A DNA stretch of 55,597 nucleotides from an uncultured Rhodanobacteraceae bacterium. GTDB lineage: Bacteria; Pseudomonadota; Gammaproteobacteria; Xanthomonadales; Rhodanobacteraceae. The stretch lies in the NCBI GenBank assembly GCA_964471815.1, contig CAYYHP010000001.1, forward strand, positions 1 to 55,597, written 5' to 3'. Below are positions 11,801 through 20,586 of this stretch, one piece after another. The position numbers and the translations under genes are program-made. The notes under the pieces are model-generated. The model worked only from the letters and a program-made list of their open reading frames with translations, was not told the DNA's origin and did not search any database. The stretch's first letter is position 1, and the number at the start of each line of letters is the position of its first letter.

Positions 11801-13510
11801 GTCACATTACGAATGGCATCGAGACGGTTTGCCAAGACCGCCTGGCGCGCAGCCATCGTGGCGAGTCGCGCGTTCCCGCGGCTGAGCTGCCAGATTTGCC
11901 GTTGAAAATCGCCATTGTTAATTCCGAACGTCTCGGCGACGTATTTGTCGGTCTCGTCACGGCTGAACGGAGCGAGCGTGATCTCCCGAAATGGCCGACC
12001 AAGCTGCTTTAATGCCGCCATGCATTCTGCTTGTGCATAGTCGCGGGCCGTAAGGACGAATCGGATACGCCGACCTGGAACCGGCGAGAGCGCCTCATGC
12101 AGCAGATGTTCGACGCCATTGACGCGATTGGCGTCGTCGATAACGACGACGTACTCGCGCGCTTCGCAGAAATGGCGGGCGATGTCCTCGTAAAGCGGCA
12201 GCCCTTGACTCAAGATGCAGCGAACCACCGCTCCCATTTGTTCGCAACGTCGTGCGATTTCAAGTGCGAAGCGGGTCTTCCCGGTGCCTGGTGGGCCGCT
12301 GATAAGAAGATCGGCGGCGCCTAGCTCCTCCAAGGCGTTGGCCATCGCGTCTTCACGGAAATGGAACCTGGTCGAAAGAGGCGTCGCGAGCTTCCCGCGG
12401 TCATAGTGCTCAACAAATGCGTCAATAGAAAGGATCTGCCCGGTGTCGACCGAGATGCAGAACTCATCGCGCGCGATCCAAGGGAACCGCCTGGCGACGT
12501 CACCGGCGAGCTCGGAAAGCGATACGAACTCGGGCTCGACGCCGCGCTGGCGGGAGTGCTTAGCGAGTTCGATGAGCACGTCGGCAGGCAATACGCTGTT
12601 GAACGCTACGTAGAGTCGATCGATCCGCGCGAGCGGGATGCCGGTCCGGTCGGGATTGCTACAGTCGTCGATGTCCTGCCGCAGTTTGCTCTTCAAGGCA
12701 GCCGAGTCGCTCGTAGTCGTCGCTGCCAGCAGGGAGAAACGCTCGCCCCCTGCGCTCGCAAACGCGTCTGGCACGCCGGTACGGGTCTTGTACTTGCCAA
12801 TCACGGAGCCCAGCAGAGAGATGCCGCGGACGCCGCGAGCGTGCAGGACCTGACCGACTACCTTTTCAAACTGCCCCTCACTGCATTGCTGCAGAGCCTG
12901 CTCGATGGCGAGAAATTTACTCATTTGCGAAAGTCCCGGTGTGCAGAGGGATGCTTTGCTCGTCAACTGCGCAAGCATTTTAGTCCATAACGGCAATAGA
13001 CACGAGTTGGAAGAGTTTTTAAATTTCCCTTAGACATGATGAGATTTCAGCCTAGCTACCGGCTTGCATCGGCGATCTCGAAGCTGGAACACGCCGTCTC
13101 CACATCCCTCAGTACGACCTGGACAGATCGCGTCGCGGCTCAGTGTCTGCCAGCGATTAACCTCAGCTCACGCTCAACCAAGCGGGCATTTTCTTCAATG
13201 GCCAGCGGCTGCAGCAGCCGGTAAGGCACGAGCGACAGCGGCTCGCGTATGGCAGAAGCGAGGCAACGAGCCGACACATACCGAACCTGCCCATCGCGCT
13301 CCCCACCGACCGCTTCCGGAGACATGCGCGTGCAGGGATCCGCTCAAGACAGTGCACGTGATCCGTGGTGCATGCCTGACAATCGCCCACGATCCGCGAA
13401 GACTGCCTATGGCAGACAGAACCGGCGGGCCGTATGTGCTCGATCAGCAGGTGAGCGTACCGCGCCAGCGCTGCTGCGGGTCGCTGTCATCAGGGTGCCG
13501 GTCGGGCCGG
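8829..13510. mobile_element. Degenerate genomic islet at the mnmE 3' end
   Basis: Visibly lower GC and atypical codon use starting right after TTCTGCATCGGCAAGTAA (last 18 nt of mnmE, a known integration hotspot); no intact integrase or second att copy found. Confidence 0.55.
9193..12924 (-). CDS. Large STAND-class P-loop NTPase with putative N-terminal nuclease-like domain and long helical C-terminus (probable anti-phage protein)
   Basis: Walker A ISGPPGTGKT, Walker B VVVIDDAN, VLTAR sensor, GNARLA (GxP-like); N-terminal QFEKVV...GVPDAF; start taken at MSKFLAIEQ. Confidence 0.75.
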   Translation of the reverse strand: MSKFLAIEQALQQCSEGQFEKVVGQVLHARGVRGISLLGSVIGKYKTRTGVPDAFASAGGERFSLLAATTTSDSAALKSKLRQDIDDCSNPDRTGIPLARIDRLYVAFNSVLPADVLIELAKHSRQRGVEPEFVSLSELAGDVARRFPWIARDEFCISVDTGQILSIDAFVEHYDRGKLATPLSTRFHFREDAMANALEELGAADLLISGPPGTGKTRFALEIARRCEQMGAVVRCILSQGLPLYEDIARHFCEAREYVVVIDDANRVNGVEHLLHEALSPVPGRRIRFVLTARDYAQAECMAALKQLGRPFREITLAPFSRDETDKYVAETFGINNGDFQRQIWQLSRGNARLATMAARQAVLANRLDAIRNVTDLYDAYYGDLVRELDKADPMLLRLLSLVAVFRVVRANDVGLIQQIELRFGLCAGLLWEAIDRLHGLECVDLHDRRVAKCSDQVLAGFAFYLCFVARRDLSFGLLLSGFGATHLRRIRDSVYGALSTMDRERVFTAISPGCQAAMRAVDGDRQLQLMESFWFIEPDLALTKVAQALRAGEPATGALEFPEKASLHHDVRLRILGRFANDPDRRPAAAGMAIDFALHMPSSAASVLSLLVAADGFGVDKYSHHTEYAAQREVVKLLVDRTTSDARLAPLLAMYVGASLSTEFEAHFAEDDRVHWMFIPLQPCEGLSDWRRALWHALRLLLEREDSVRLGKQALRQYATGWCAHYPEVDVLTIDVEWIRELFQEVMQPDRFEDCRLAQIVGMRLRRAGLNEFAPIAETFHCEEIKLLEVTALHTEQLAEADYEELVQARHQRVIEQFGSLAPGDLRPLVTRWAQVASSEADAARDLWLSWRLLLSHIGEEDPERLVALTDAYLALGAQPNLIGATWIAIVVHHCGREAGWELLSRHAFADRRDWLIEFYLQLQPEQINRDDASALITLLAPPGVAVPWLHALRGFVSAAPTFLPDLVEALLAQRAETAGEACRELLNHIDADADLTGALAEQFSGHPDLLASAYLKANSASEHRRHFDYSATVFNLLLDLNPGFMARYVAERMEQKRWLLRSSEQDRDYSRLWARPDWPAQLHELLRTLARCNDGRCDAYVAAWLPCTGRGEEASLSEAALEVLLAFIGAHASEQDCMEVLFAGLVEIAPAQRLKAISTFLQTSHDLDAFTRLELLPSHWGGSGSMVPVLQRRANFLQRVKELLSGPNFIAHRLRVSEELGEALRKVDWMAEREFADADWS

Positions 13511-13568
13511 TATGCTTCCGGTCCTGCCGGGGGATACTCCGGCGCCACCTCGTCCCTGGATGTCCGCG

Positions 13569-15821
13569 ATGCGCCTTGCCCTGCTCTGTGTCCTGTCGAG
13601 CCTCTCCATGTCCGTGATTGCCGACGAGCTGACCATCGACCGCCTCTTCTCCGACCCGGCCCTGCTCGGGCCGACGCCGCGTGGGCTGAAGATCGCGCCG
13701 GACGGGACGCGGGTGACCTTCCTGCGCGGCAAGGCGGACGATCAGAACCAGCTCGATCTCTGGGAATACAACCTCGCCGAGGGTCGCACGCGGCTCCTCG
13801 TGGACTCTCGCGCACTGCAGCCCGAGGCCAGGGCGTTGAGCGATGCCGAACTCGCGCAGCGCGAGCGGATGCGTATCGCTGGGCTGAAAGGCATCGTCAG
13901 CTACCGCTGGGCGCCCGATGGACAGAGACTCCTTTTTCCGCTCGATCAGCGCCTGTATCTCTACGATCTCGCGCGCCCGGCAGCCGGAGCGGTGCGCGCC
14001 TTGACGCCGGCCGGTACGGAGACGACGGATGCGCAGGTTTCGCCGGGTGGCCGCTGGGTGTCGTACGTTGCCGGCCAGAATCTCTGGGTGATCGACCTTG
14101 CCAAGGACAAGCCTCGCGCACTGACCCGCGATGGTGGCGGCACCGTGCATAATGGCGAGGCGGAATTCGTCGCACAGGAGGAGATGGACCGTTTCGCCGG
14201 TTACTGGTGGTCGCCGGACGATCGCTATCTCGCCTTCGAACGCTACGACGAAGCACGCGTGCCGGAAGTCGAGCGCTTCGAGATCCGTGCCGACGGCACC
14301 TCGGTCAGCCGTCAGCGCTATCCGGCCGCGGGCCAGCCGAACGTGCGCGTGCAGCTCGGTCTCGTCAGTCCCCAGGGCGGCAAGCCGCGCTGGATCGATC
14401 TCGGCAAGGACGACGACATCTACCTCGTGCGTGTCGCCTGGAGTGCGGATGGCCACGAGCTCGTGTACCAGCGCATGGATCGCCGCCAGCAGCGGCTGGA
14501 TCTCGTCGCGGTCGATGCCGCGTCACTCAGGCAGCGCACGCTGCTCACCGAGACGAGCGATACCTGGGTCGCCCTGCACGACGACCTGCGCTTCCTCGCC
14601 GCGGGCGATGGCTTCGTCTGGGCCTCGGAAAAGAGCGGCCACAAGCATCTTTACCTGCACGATCGCGATGGACGCGAACGGCACGCACTGACCGCGGGCG
14701 ATTGGGACGTCGACAAGCTGCTCGCGATCGACGAGGTCGCCGGCCTCGTCTATTTCGCGGCCAACAAGGACCATCCGCTCGACAAGCAGATCTATGCGGC
14801 GAGGCTCGACGGCAGCGATGCCGCTTCGCCATCACGGCTCACGACCGAGGACGGCTGGCACGAAGCGACCTTCCCGGATACGCAGGGCAAGGCCGTCAAG
14901 CTCCTCGTCGATCAGTGGTCCGACCCGGTGACGCCGACCCAGGTCAGCGTACGTGCACCGGACGGCCGGCGCCTCGCCTTCATCGAGGAAAACCGCCTCG
15001 ACGAGTCGCATCCGTACGGGCCCTACCACTTGGGCCACGTGCGGCCGGAATTCGGCACGCTCAGCGCCGAGGACGGCCAGACCTTGTGGTATCGCCTCTA
15101 CAAGCCGGCCGGATTCGATCCCGCCAAGCGCTATCCGGTGATCTCGCATTTCTACGGCGGGCCGCACGCGCAGCTCGCCAAACGCGACTTCGGCGATCTG
15201 TTCGACCAGTACCTCGCGCGCCACGGCTATGTCGTCGTCACGCTTGACAACCGCGGCATGGCACGCCGCGGCAAGCGTTTCGCCGCGGCGATCCATCGCG
15301 AACTCGGCCGCGTCGAAGTCGCCGACCAGCGCCGTCTGATCGAATGGCTCGGCACCCAACCCTGGGTCGATGCCAAGCGCATCGGCGTGTTCGGCTGGAG
15401 TTACGGCGGTTACCTGAGCCTGATGATGCTCGCCAAGGCTTCGGACGTGGTCGCCGCCGGCGTGGCCGTCGCGCCGGTCACGGACTGGACGCTGTACGAC
15501 ACGTTCTATACCGAGCGCTACCTCTCGACACCTGCGCTGAACCCCGACGGCTACACGAGGAGCGGCGTGCTGCACTGGCTCGACGGCCTCGGTTCGCCGC
15601 TGCTCCTCGTGCACGGTATGGCCGACGACAACGTGCTGTTCACCAACTCGACCCAGCTCATGGCCGCGTTGCAGGCGCGCGGCACGCCGTTCGACCTGAT
15701 GACCTATCCGGGCGGCAAGCACGGCCTCTCCACGCCGGCCATGAAGAAGCACGTCTTCCACGCGATCGTGCGCTGGTTCGACGGAAAGCTGAAGCCGGAT
15801 GTACCGCTCGCCGCACACTGA
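13569..15821 (+). CDS. Dipeptidyl peptidase IV-like S9 family peptidase, secreted
   Basis: Signal peptide; AQEEMDR, GWSYGG nucleophile, DDNV, H in GGKHG. Confidence 0.95.
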   Translation: MRLALLCVLSSLSMSVIADELTIDRLFSDPALLGPTPRGLKIAPDGTRVTFLRGKADDQNQLDLWEYNLAEGRTRLLVDSRALQPEARALSDAELAQRERMRIAGLKGIVSYRWAPDGQRLLFPLDQRLYLYDLARPAAGAVRALTPAGTETTDAQVSPGGRWVSYVAGQNLWVIDLAKDKPRALTRDGGGTVHNGEAEFVAQEEMDRFAGYWWSPDDRYLAFERYDEARVPEVERFEIRADGTSVSRQRYPAAGQPNVRVQLGLVSPQGGKPRWIDLGKDDDIYLVRVAWSADGHELVYQRMDRRQQRLDLVAVDAASLRQRTLLTETSDTWVALHDDLRFLAAGDGFVWASEKSGHKHLYLHDRDGRERHALTAGDWDVDKLLAIDEVAGLVYFAANKDHPLDKQIYAARLDGSDAASPSRLTTEDGWHEATFPDTQGKAVKLLVDQWSDPVTPTQVSVRAPDGRRLAFIEENRLDESHPYGPYHLGHVRPEFGTLSAEDGQTLWYRLYKPAGFDPAKRYPVISHFYGGPHAQLAKRDFGDLFDQYLARHGYVVVTLDNRGMARRGKRFAAAIHRELGRVEVADQRRLIEWLGTQPWVDAKRIGVFGWSYGGYLSLMMLAKASDVVAAGVAVAPVTDWTLYDTFYTERYLSTPALNPDGYTRSGVLHWLDGLGSPLLLVHGMADDNVLFTNSTQLMAALQARGTPFDLMTYPGGKHGLSTPAMKKHVFHAIVRWFDGKLKPDVPLAAH

Positions 15822-15854
15822 GCGGCGCGCCAGGCCGGGCGTTGCAGGCCGCAG

Positions 15855-16718
15855 TCAGAACCGGCCGGCCTGGTAATCGCGGATCGCCGCGTGGATCTCG
15901 GCTGGCGTGTTCATGACGAACGGTCCGTACTTCGCGACCGGTTCGTTCAAGGGCTGCGCGGCGACGAGGATCAATCGTGCCGGACGATCCGGTTTCGCGG
16001 CGAGCACGATGCCATCGCCGAGGCTCAGCACGCCGAGCTCGCCGCGGGCGAGTGTCGCTGCGCTCCCACTCTTGCCGCCTACGGCTTCCCCGTCGTAGAC
16101 ATAGAGGAAGGTGTTGTGCGTCGCCGGCAGGGCGATCGCGTGGTGCGCGTCGGGTTCGAGATGCACGTCGAGGTAGGTCGGCGCGGTGACGATGTCGCGT
16201 ACCGGACCCTCGACGCCGCCGTGGCGGCCCGCGATCACGCGCACCCTCACGCCGGCTGCCGGTGCGATTTCGGGGATCGCCTCGGACGGAATGTCCTGGT
16301 AGCGCGGCGCGATCATCTTGTCTTTCGCCGGCAGGTTGACCCAGAGCTGGAAACCCCACATCAGCCCGTCATCCTGTTCGGGCATCTCGGAATGCACGAT
16401 GCCGCGGCCGGCAGTCATCCACTGCACGCTGCCGGCAGTGAGCAGGCCCGAGTTGCCTTGGTTGTCGCGATGGCGCATGCGCCCGGCGAGCATGTAGGTC
16501 ACCGTCTCGAAGCCGCGATGCGGGTGGTCCGGGAAGCCGGCGAGGTAGTCGTTCGCGCTGTCGGAGCGGAACTCGTCGAGCATCAGGAACGGATCGAGCA
16601 GGTCGAGCGCGGACTGGCCGATCACGCGGGTCAGGCGTACACCGGCGCCATCGCTCGCAGGCATGCCGCGCACGCGGCGGACGATCTGGCGTGAATAGTC
16701 GATGGACGCACGGGTCAT
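15855..16718 (-). CDS. Pirin family protein
   Basis: DPFLMLDEF, FPDHPHRGFETVTY, GIVHSEMP, GPFVMNT. Confidence 0.95.
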   Translation of the reverse strand: MTRASIDYSRQIVRRVRGMPASDGAGVRLTRVIGQSALDLLDPFLMLDEFRSDSANDYLAGFPDHPHRGFETVTYMLAGRMRHRDNQGNSGLLTAGSVQWMTAGRGIVHSEMPEQDDGLMWGFQLWVNLPAKDKMIAPRYQDIPSEAIPEIAPAAGVRVRVIAGRHGGVEGPVRDIVTAPTYLDVHLEPDAHHAIALPATHNTFLYVYDGEAVGGKSGSAATLARGELGVLSLGDGIVLAAKPDRPARLILVAAQPLNEPVAKYGPFVMNTPAEIHAAIRDYQAGRF

Positions 16719-16955
16719 GGCCGGACTCCGCTGGGGGATGGCCGCCAAGATGGCGCCGGCCGGAGGCGAAGACAACGCGAGGTGCGTGAAAGGCTTGCCG
16801 CCACGGGTGAAACAATCGCGCGGCGGACGGTTTCACCGCATCGCGCGCCTACGGTCGTCGAAGCGACGCAGATGAGGCCGGTCCTTGCCGCGAGCATGTC
16901 GAACACGAATGCACAGCCGGCCATCACAGTCCGGAAGCAGCGGAAGGGCGAAGCC

Positions 16956-17630
16956 TCAATGCACCCACTTGCCGCCGCGGCGGCGCGGCGGTATCGCGAA
17001 ATCGCTTGCGGTTGCACCGCCGCCGACGCTCTTCTCGCGCTCGCTGGCCGGCAGCACGCGCCAGTACTGCGCGGCGCTGATCACCGCCTGGGCGATCTGC
17101 GCGAGACACTCGTCGTATTCCTGGTCGGTCAGCCGCTCGAACTCGGTCTCGGACTGCAGGATGCCCTCGTCGACCGACAGGGCCATGATCGGGCCGAGCA
17201 GCTCCATGAGCTGGCTGTCCTCGCCGAGCCGCGCTTCCCAGGCCGTCGCGCGCAGGTCGATGCCGCGGCTGAAGCCTTCGCACCAGCCCGCGGCCGAGAG
17301 CGTCGTGCCGCCGTCCTCGAGCTCGACTTCGCCGAGGATCGGTTCGTAAGCCTCGTTCTCGATCTCGAACGGAATCGATTCGTTGAGCCGCGCGAGCAGT
17401 TCGAGGATGCGGCCGCCCTCGGCCTCGTCCTTGAACGGCGCGTGCAGTACCTCGGGCAGCCACTCGTCGGGCAATGCGGGATCCGGGCCGATCGCGAGCG
17501 CGGTCAGCAAGCCGTGCACGCCATCGAGCAGCAGATCGGTTCCGTCTTCGCGTGCCTGTGCGCGCAGGTAGAGGTCGAGTTCCTCGAGCTCGTCGTCGTC
17601 GAGCGGAACGTTGCGGTCGGTATCGTTCAC
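16956..17630 (-). CDS. UPF0149/YecA family protein
   Basis: PLDDDELEELD, LDGVHGLLTALAIGP, WCEGFSRG; GTG start overlaps the xth stop (GTGA). Confidence 0.85.
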   Translation of the reverse strand: MNDTDRNVPLDDDELEELDLYLRAQAREDGTDLLLDGVHGLLTALAIGPDPALPDEWLPEVLHAPFKDEAEGGRILELLARLNESIPFEIENEAYEPILGEVELEDGGTTLSAAGWCEGFSRGIDLRATAWEARLGEDSQLMELLGPIMALSVDEGILQSETEFERLTDQEYDECLAQIAQAVISAAQYWRVLPASEREKSVGGGATASDFAIPPRRRGGKWVH

Positions 17631-18394
17631 GCCGAAAGCTCCAGTAGCACCGGGGTGTGGTCCGAAGGGCGTTCCCAGGAGCGCGGTGTACGGTCGATGC
17701 CGGCACCGCGCAGCGCGGGTTCGAGCGCCTTGCTTGCAAGGATCAGGTCGATGCGCAGGCCGAGGTTGCGGCGGAATCCCGCTTGCCGGTAATCCCACCA
17801 GCTGAAATGTCCAGCTTCCGTGACGAAGGCGCGGAACGTGTCGACGAAACCGAGCGCGAGCAGGCGCTGCAAGGCGTCGCGCTCGGGCGTCGAGCAGAGG
17901 ATCTGTTCGTGCCAGGCGGAAGGATCGTGCACGTCGCGGTCGTCCGGCGCGATGTTGAAATCGCCGAGCACCACCAGGCGCGGATGGCGCTTGATCTCCT
18001 CGGCGAGGAAGGCCGTGACCCTGGCAAGCCATTCGAGCTTGTAGGCGTATTTGTCGCTACCGACGGCCTGTCCGTTGACCACGTACAGGTTGACGATGCG
18101 CAGGTCGCCGACCGTGCAGGCGAGGAAGCGCCGCTGCGCGTCGTCGTAGACCGGGATGTCGGTCAGCACGTCGGCCGGCATCTCGCGGGCGAGCACGGCC
18201 ACGCCGTTGTAGGTGCGCTGACCCGAGAACACGCTGCGGTAGCCGAGTGCGGCGAGTTCCACATCCGGAAAACGCGCGTCCTCGAGCTTGGTCTCCTGCA
18301 GCGCGACGATGTCCGGTGCCGCCTCGGCGAGCCACTGCTTGAGGTGCGGCAGGCGCACGTTCAGCGAATTGACGTTCCAGGACGCGATCTTCAT
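17627..18394 (-). CDS. xth: Exodeoxyribonuclease III
   Basis: MKIASWNVNS, LQETK, GDFNIAP, WWDYR, SDHTPV. Confidence 0.97.
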   Translation of the reverse strand: MKIASWNVNSLNVRLPHLKQWLAEAAPDIVALQETKLEDARFPDVELAALGYRSVFSGQRTYNGVAVLAREMPADVLTDIPVYDDAQRRFLACTVGDLRIVNLYVVNGQAVGSDKYAYKLEWLARVTAFLAEEIKRHPRLVVLGDFNIAPDDRDVHDPSAWHEQILCSTPERDALQRLLALGFVDTFRAFVTEAGHFSWWDYRQAGFRRNLGLRIDLILASKALEPALRGAGIDRTPRSWERPSDHTPVLLELSA

Positions 18395-18434
18395 GCGTCG
18401 AGTCTAGCAGTCCGGTGGGTGGCGGCCGGGTCAT

Positions 18435-20480
18435 TCATGCGGCGAGCCCGTAGCTGCGCAGCAGCGCATCCGGCTCCGGCTCGCGGCCGCGGAAGGCGAC
18501 GAAGCTCTCGAGCGCCGGCCGCGAGCCGCCCATCGCGAGGATCTCGCGACGGAACCGCTCGCCGGTCGTCACATCGAACACGCCGCTTTCCTCGAAATGG
18601 CCGAACGCATCTGCCGACAGCACCTCGGCCCAGAGATAACTGTAGTAGCCGGCCCCGTAGCCGCCGGCGAAGATGTGCGCGAAGGCATGCGGGAAACGCT
18701 GCCAGGATGGTGGAATCACGACCGCGACCTCGCGGCGGACTTCGTCGAGCAGCTCCATTGCCCGCGCACCGCGGGCCGGGTCGTATTCGAGATGCAGGCG
18801 GAAATCGAACAGCCCGAACTCGAGCTGACGCACGAGCATGAGGCCCGCATGGAAATGCCGGGCGGCCAGCATGCGCGCGAACAGCTCGTCTGGCAGACGC
18901 TCGCCGGTCTGCCAGTGGCGCGCGAACAGATCCAGCGCCACGCGCTGCCAGGCGAAGTTCTCCATGAACTGGCTCGGCAGTTCGACCGCATCCCATTCCA
19001 CGCCGCTGATGCCCGACACGCCGGGATAGTCGATCTCAGTCAGCAGGTGATGCAGGCCGTGGCCGAACTCGTGGAATAGCGTGATGACGTCGTCGTGCGT
19101 CAGCAGCGCCGGCGCGGTCGCGGTCGGCGGCGCGAAGTTGCAGGTGAGATAGGCGACCGGACGATGCAGCGTCTCGCCATCGCGGAAGCGCGCGCGGCAG
19201 ACGTCCATCCACGCGCCGCCACGCTTGCCGCTGCGCGCGTAGAGGTCGAAATACGTACCAGCGACCAGTGCGCCGGAGGCATCGAGCACGTCGTAGTAGC
19301 GCACGTCGTCGTGCCAGACGTCGACGTTGTCGCGGCGGCGCAGACGCACGCCGAACACGCGCTCGGTGATCGCGAACAGCCCGTCGAGCACCGCATCGGC
19401 CGGAAAGTACGGCTTGATCTCCTCCTCGCTGAGCCGGTAGGTGCGCTCGCGCAGCTTCTCGCTCGCATAGCCGATGTCCCAGGGTTCGAGGTTCCCTAGG
19501 CCCAGCTCGCGTGCGGCGAACTCGCCCAGTTCGGCGAGTTCGCGCTCGGCGACCGGCTTCGCACGACGTACAAGGTCGTGCAGGAAGGCGAGCACCCGCT
19601 CGGCCGACGGTGCCATCTTGGTCGCGAGCGATTCGACGGCAGCATTCGCATAGCCCAGCAACTGCGCGGCCTCGTGGCGCAGCGCCAGGATCGCTCCGAT
19701 GCGCGCGGAGTTGTCGAAGCGCCCGGCGTGCGGGCCCTGGTCGGAGGCACGTGTTGAATACGCCGTGTAGACGCGCTCGCGCAGCGCCCGGTCGTCGGCG
19801 AACGTCAGCACGGCCTGCACGCTCGGCTGCTTGAGCGTGACCAGCCAGCCGTCGAGACCCTTCTCTCGCGCATATTCGCGCAGCACCGCGCGGCCGGATT
19901 CGGGAATGCCGGCGAGGTGGCTCTCACCGGCGATGGGCTCGCTCCACGCGTCGGTCGCGTCGAGCACGGCTTCCTCGAATTCCGTGGACAGCCTGGCGAG
20001 TTCGCTGGCGATCTCGCGAAAGCGCGTGCGCGCCGGCTCTTCGAGCGCCACGCCCGAGAGACGGAAATCCCGCAGCGCGTGTTCGGTCAGCGTGCGGGCC
20101 GCGCGGTCCAGACACGCGAAATCCGGCGCTTCGGCGACCGCCTTCACCGCGGCGTACAGCGCGCGGTTCTGGCCAAGCTCGGTGGCATGCTCGGTTAGCT
20201 TCTCGAGCGCTGCCGAATACGCCTTTCTCAGCGGCTCGGAATCCTTCACCGAATGCAGGTGGCCGACCGGCGACCAGGCACGCGACAGGCGCTCCTCGAG
20301 CCGTTCCTGAACCAGCATGGTATTGGCAAAGTCGCGCGGTCCGGTGGCGGCCGTGAGGGTGGCGATCGCCGCGCGGTAGTCGGCGAGGATCGCATCGATC
20401 GCGGGCTCGACGTGCTCGGGCCGGATCGCCGAGAACGCCGGCAGCTCGTCGTCGCGCAACAGGGGATTCTCGGCACTCAT
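18435..20480 (-). CDS. prlC: Oligopeptidase A (M3 family)
   Basis: NPLL start, KRGGAWM, FHEFGHGLH, VELPSQFME, YYSYLWAE. Confidence 0.95.
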   Translation of the reverse strand: MSAENPLLRDDELPAFSAIRPEHVEPAIDAILADYRAAIATLTAATGPRDFANTMLVQERLEERLSRAWSPVGHLHSVKDSEPLRKAYSAALEKLTEHATELGQNRALYAAVKAVAEAPDFACLDRAARTLTEHALRDFRLSGVALEEPARTRFREIASELARLSTEFEEAVLDATDAWSEPIAGESHLAGIPESGRAVLREYAREKGLDGWLVTLKQPSVQAVLTFADDRALRERVYTAYSTRASDQGPHAGRFDNSARIGAILALRHEAAQLLGYANAAVESLATKMAPSAERVLAFLHDLVRRAKPVAERELAELGEFAARELGLGNLEPWDIGYASEKLRERTYRLSEEEIKPYFPADAVLDGLFAITERVFGVRLRRRDNVDVWHDDVRYYDVLDASGALVAGTYFDLYARSGKRGGAWMDVCRARFRDGETLHRPVAYLTCNFAPPTATAPALLTHDDVITLFHEFGHGLHHLLTEIDYPGVSGISGVEWDAVELPSQFMENFAWQRVALDLFARHWQTGERLPDELFARMLAARHFHAGLMLVRQLEFGLFDFRLHLEYDPARGARAMELLDEVRREVAVVIPPSWQRFPHAFAHIFAGGYGAGYYSYLWAEVLSADAFGHFEESGVFDVTTGERFRREILAMGGSRPALESFVAFRGREPEPDALLRSYGLAA

Positions 20481-20586
20481 CGCAACGCGCTCCGACGGAT
20501 CACAGGGAGCCGCCAAGGTGGTGCGGAGCGCCGGAGAAATCAAGCGCGCCGGGATGCGCCGGACCGCGGGAGCCGGCGGCCGCCCC

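Noticed and set aside
13060-13075. GCTTGCATCGGC as attR copy of the mnmE 3' end
   Set aside because: Only about 9 contiguous matching nt and no AAGTAA; expected by chance
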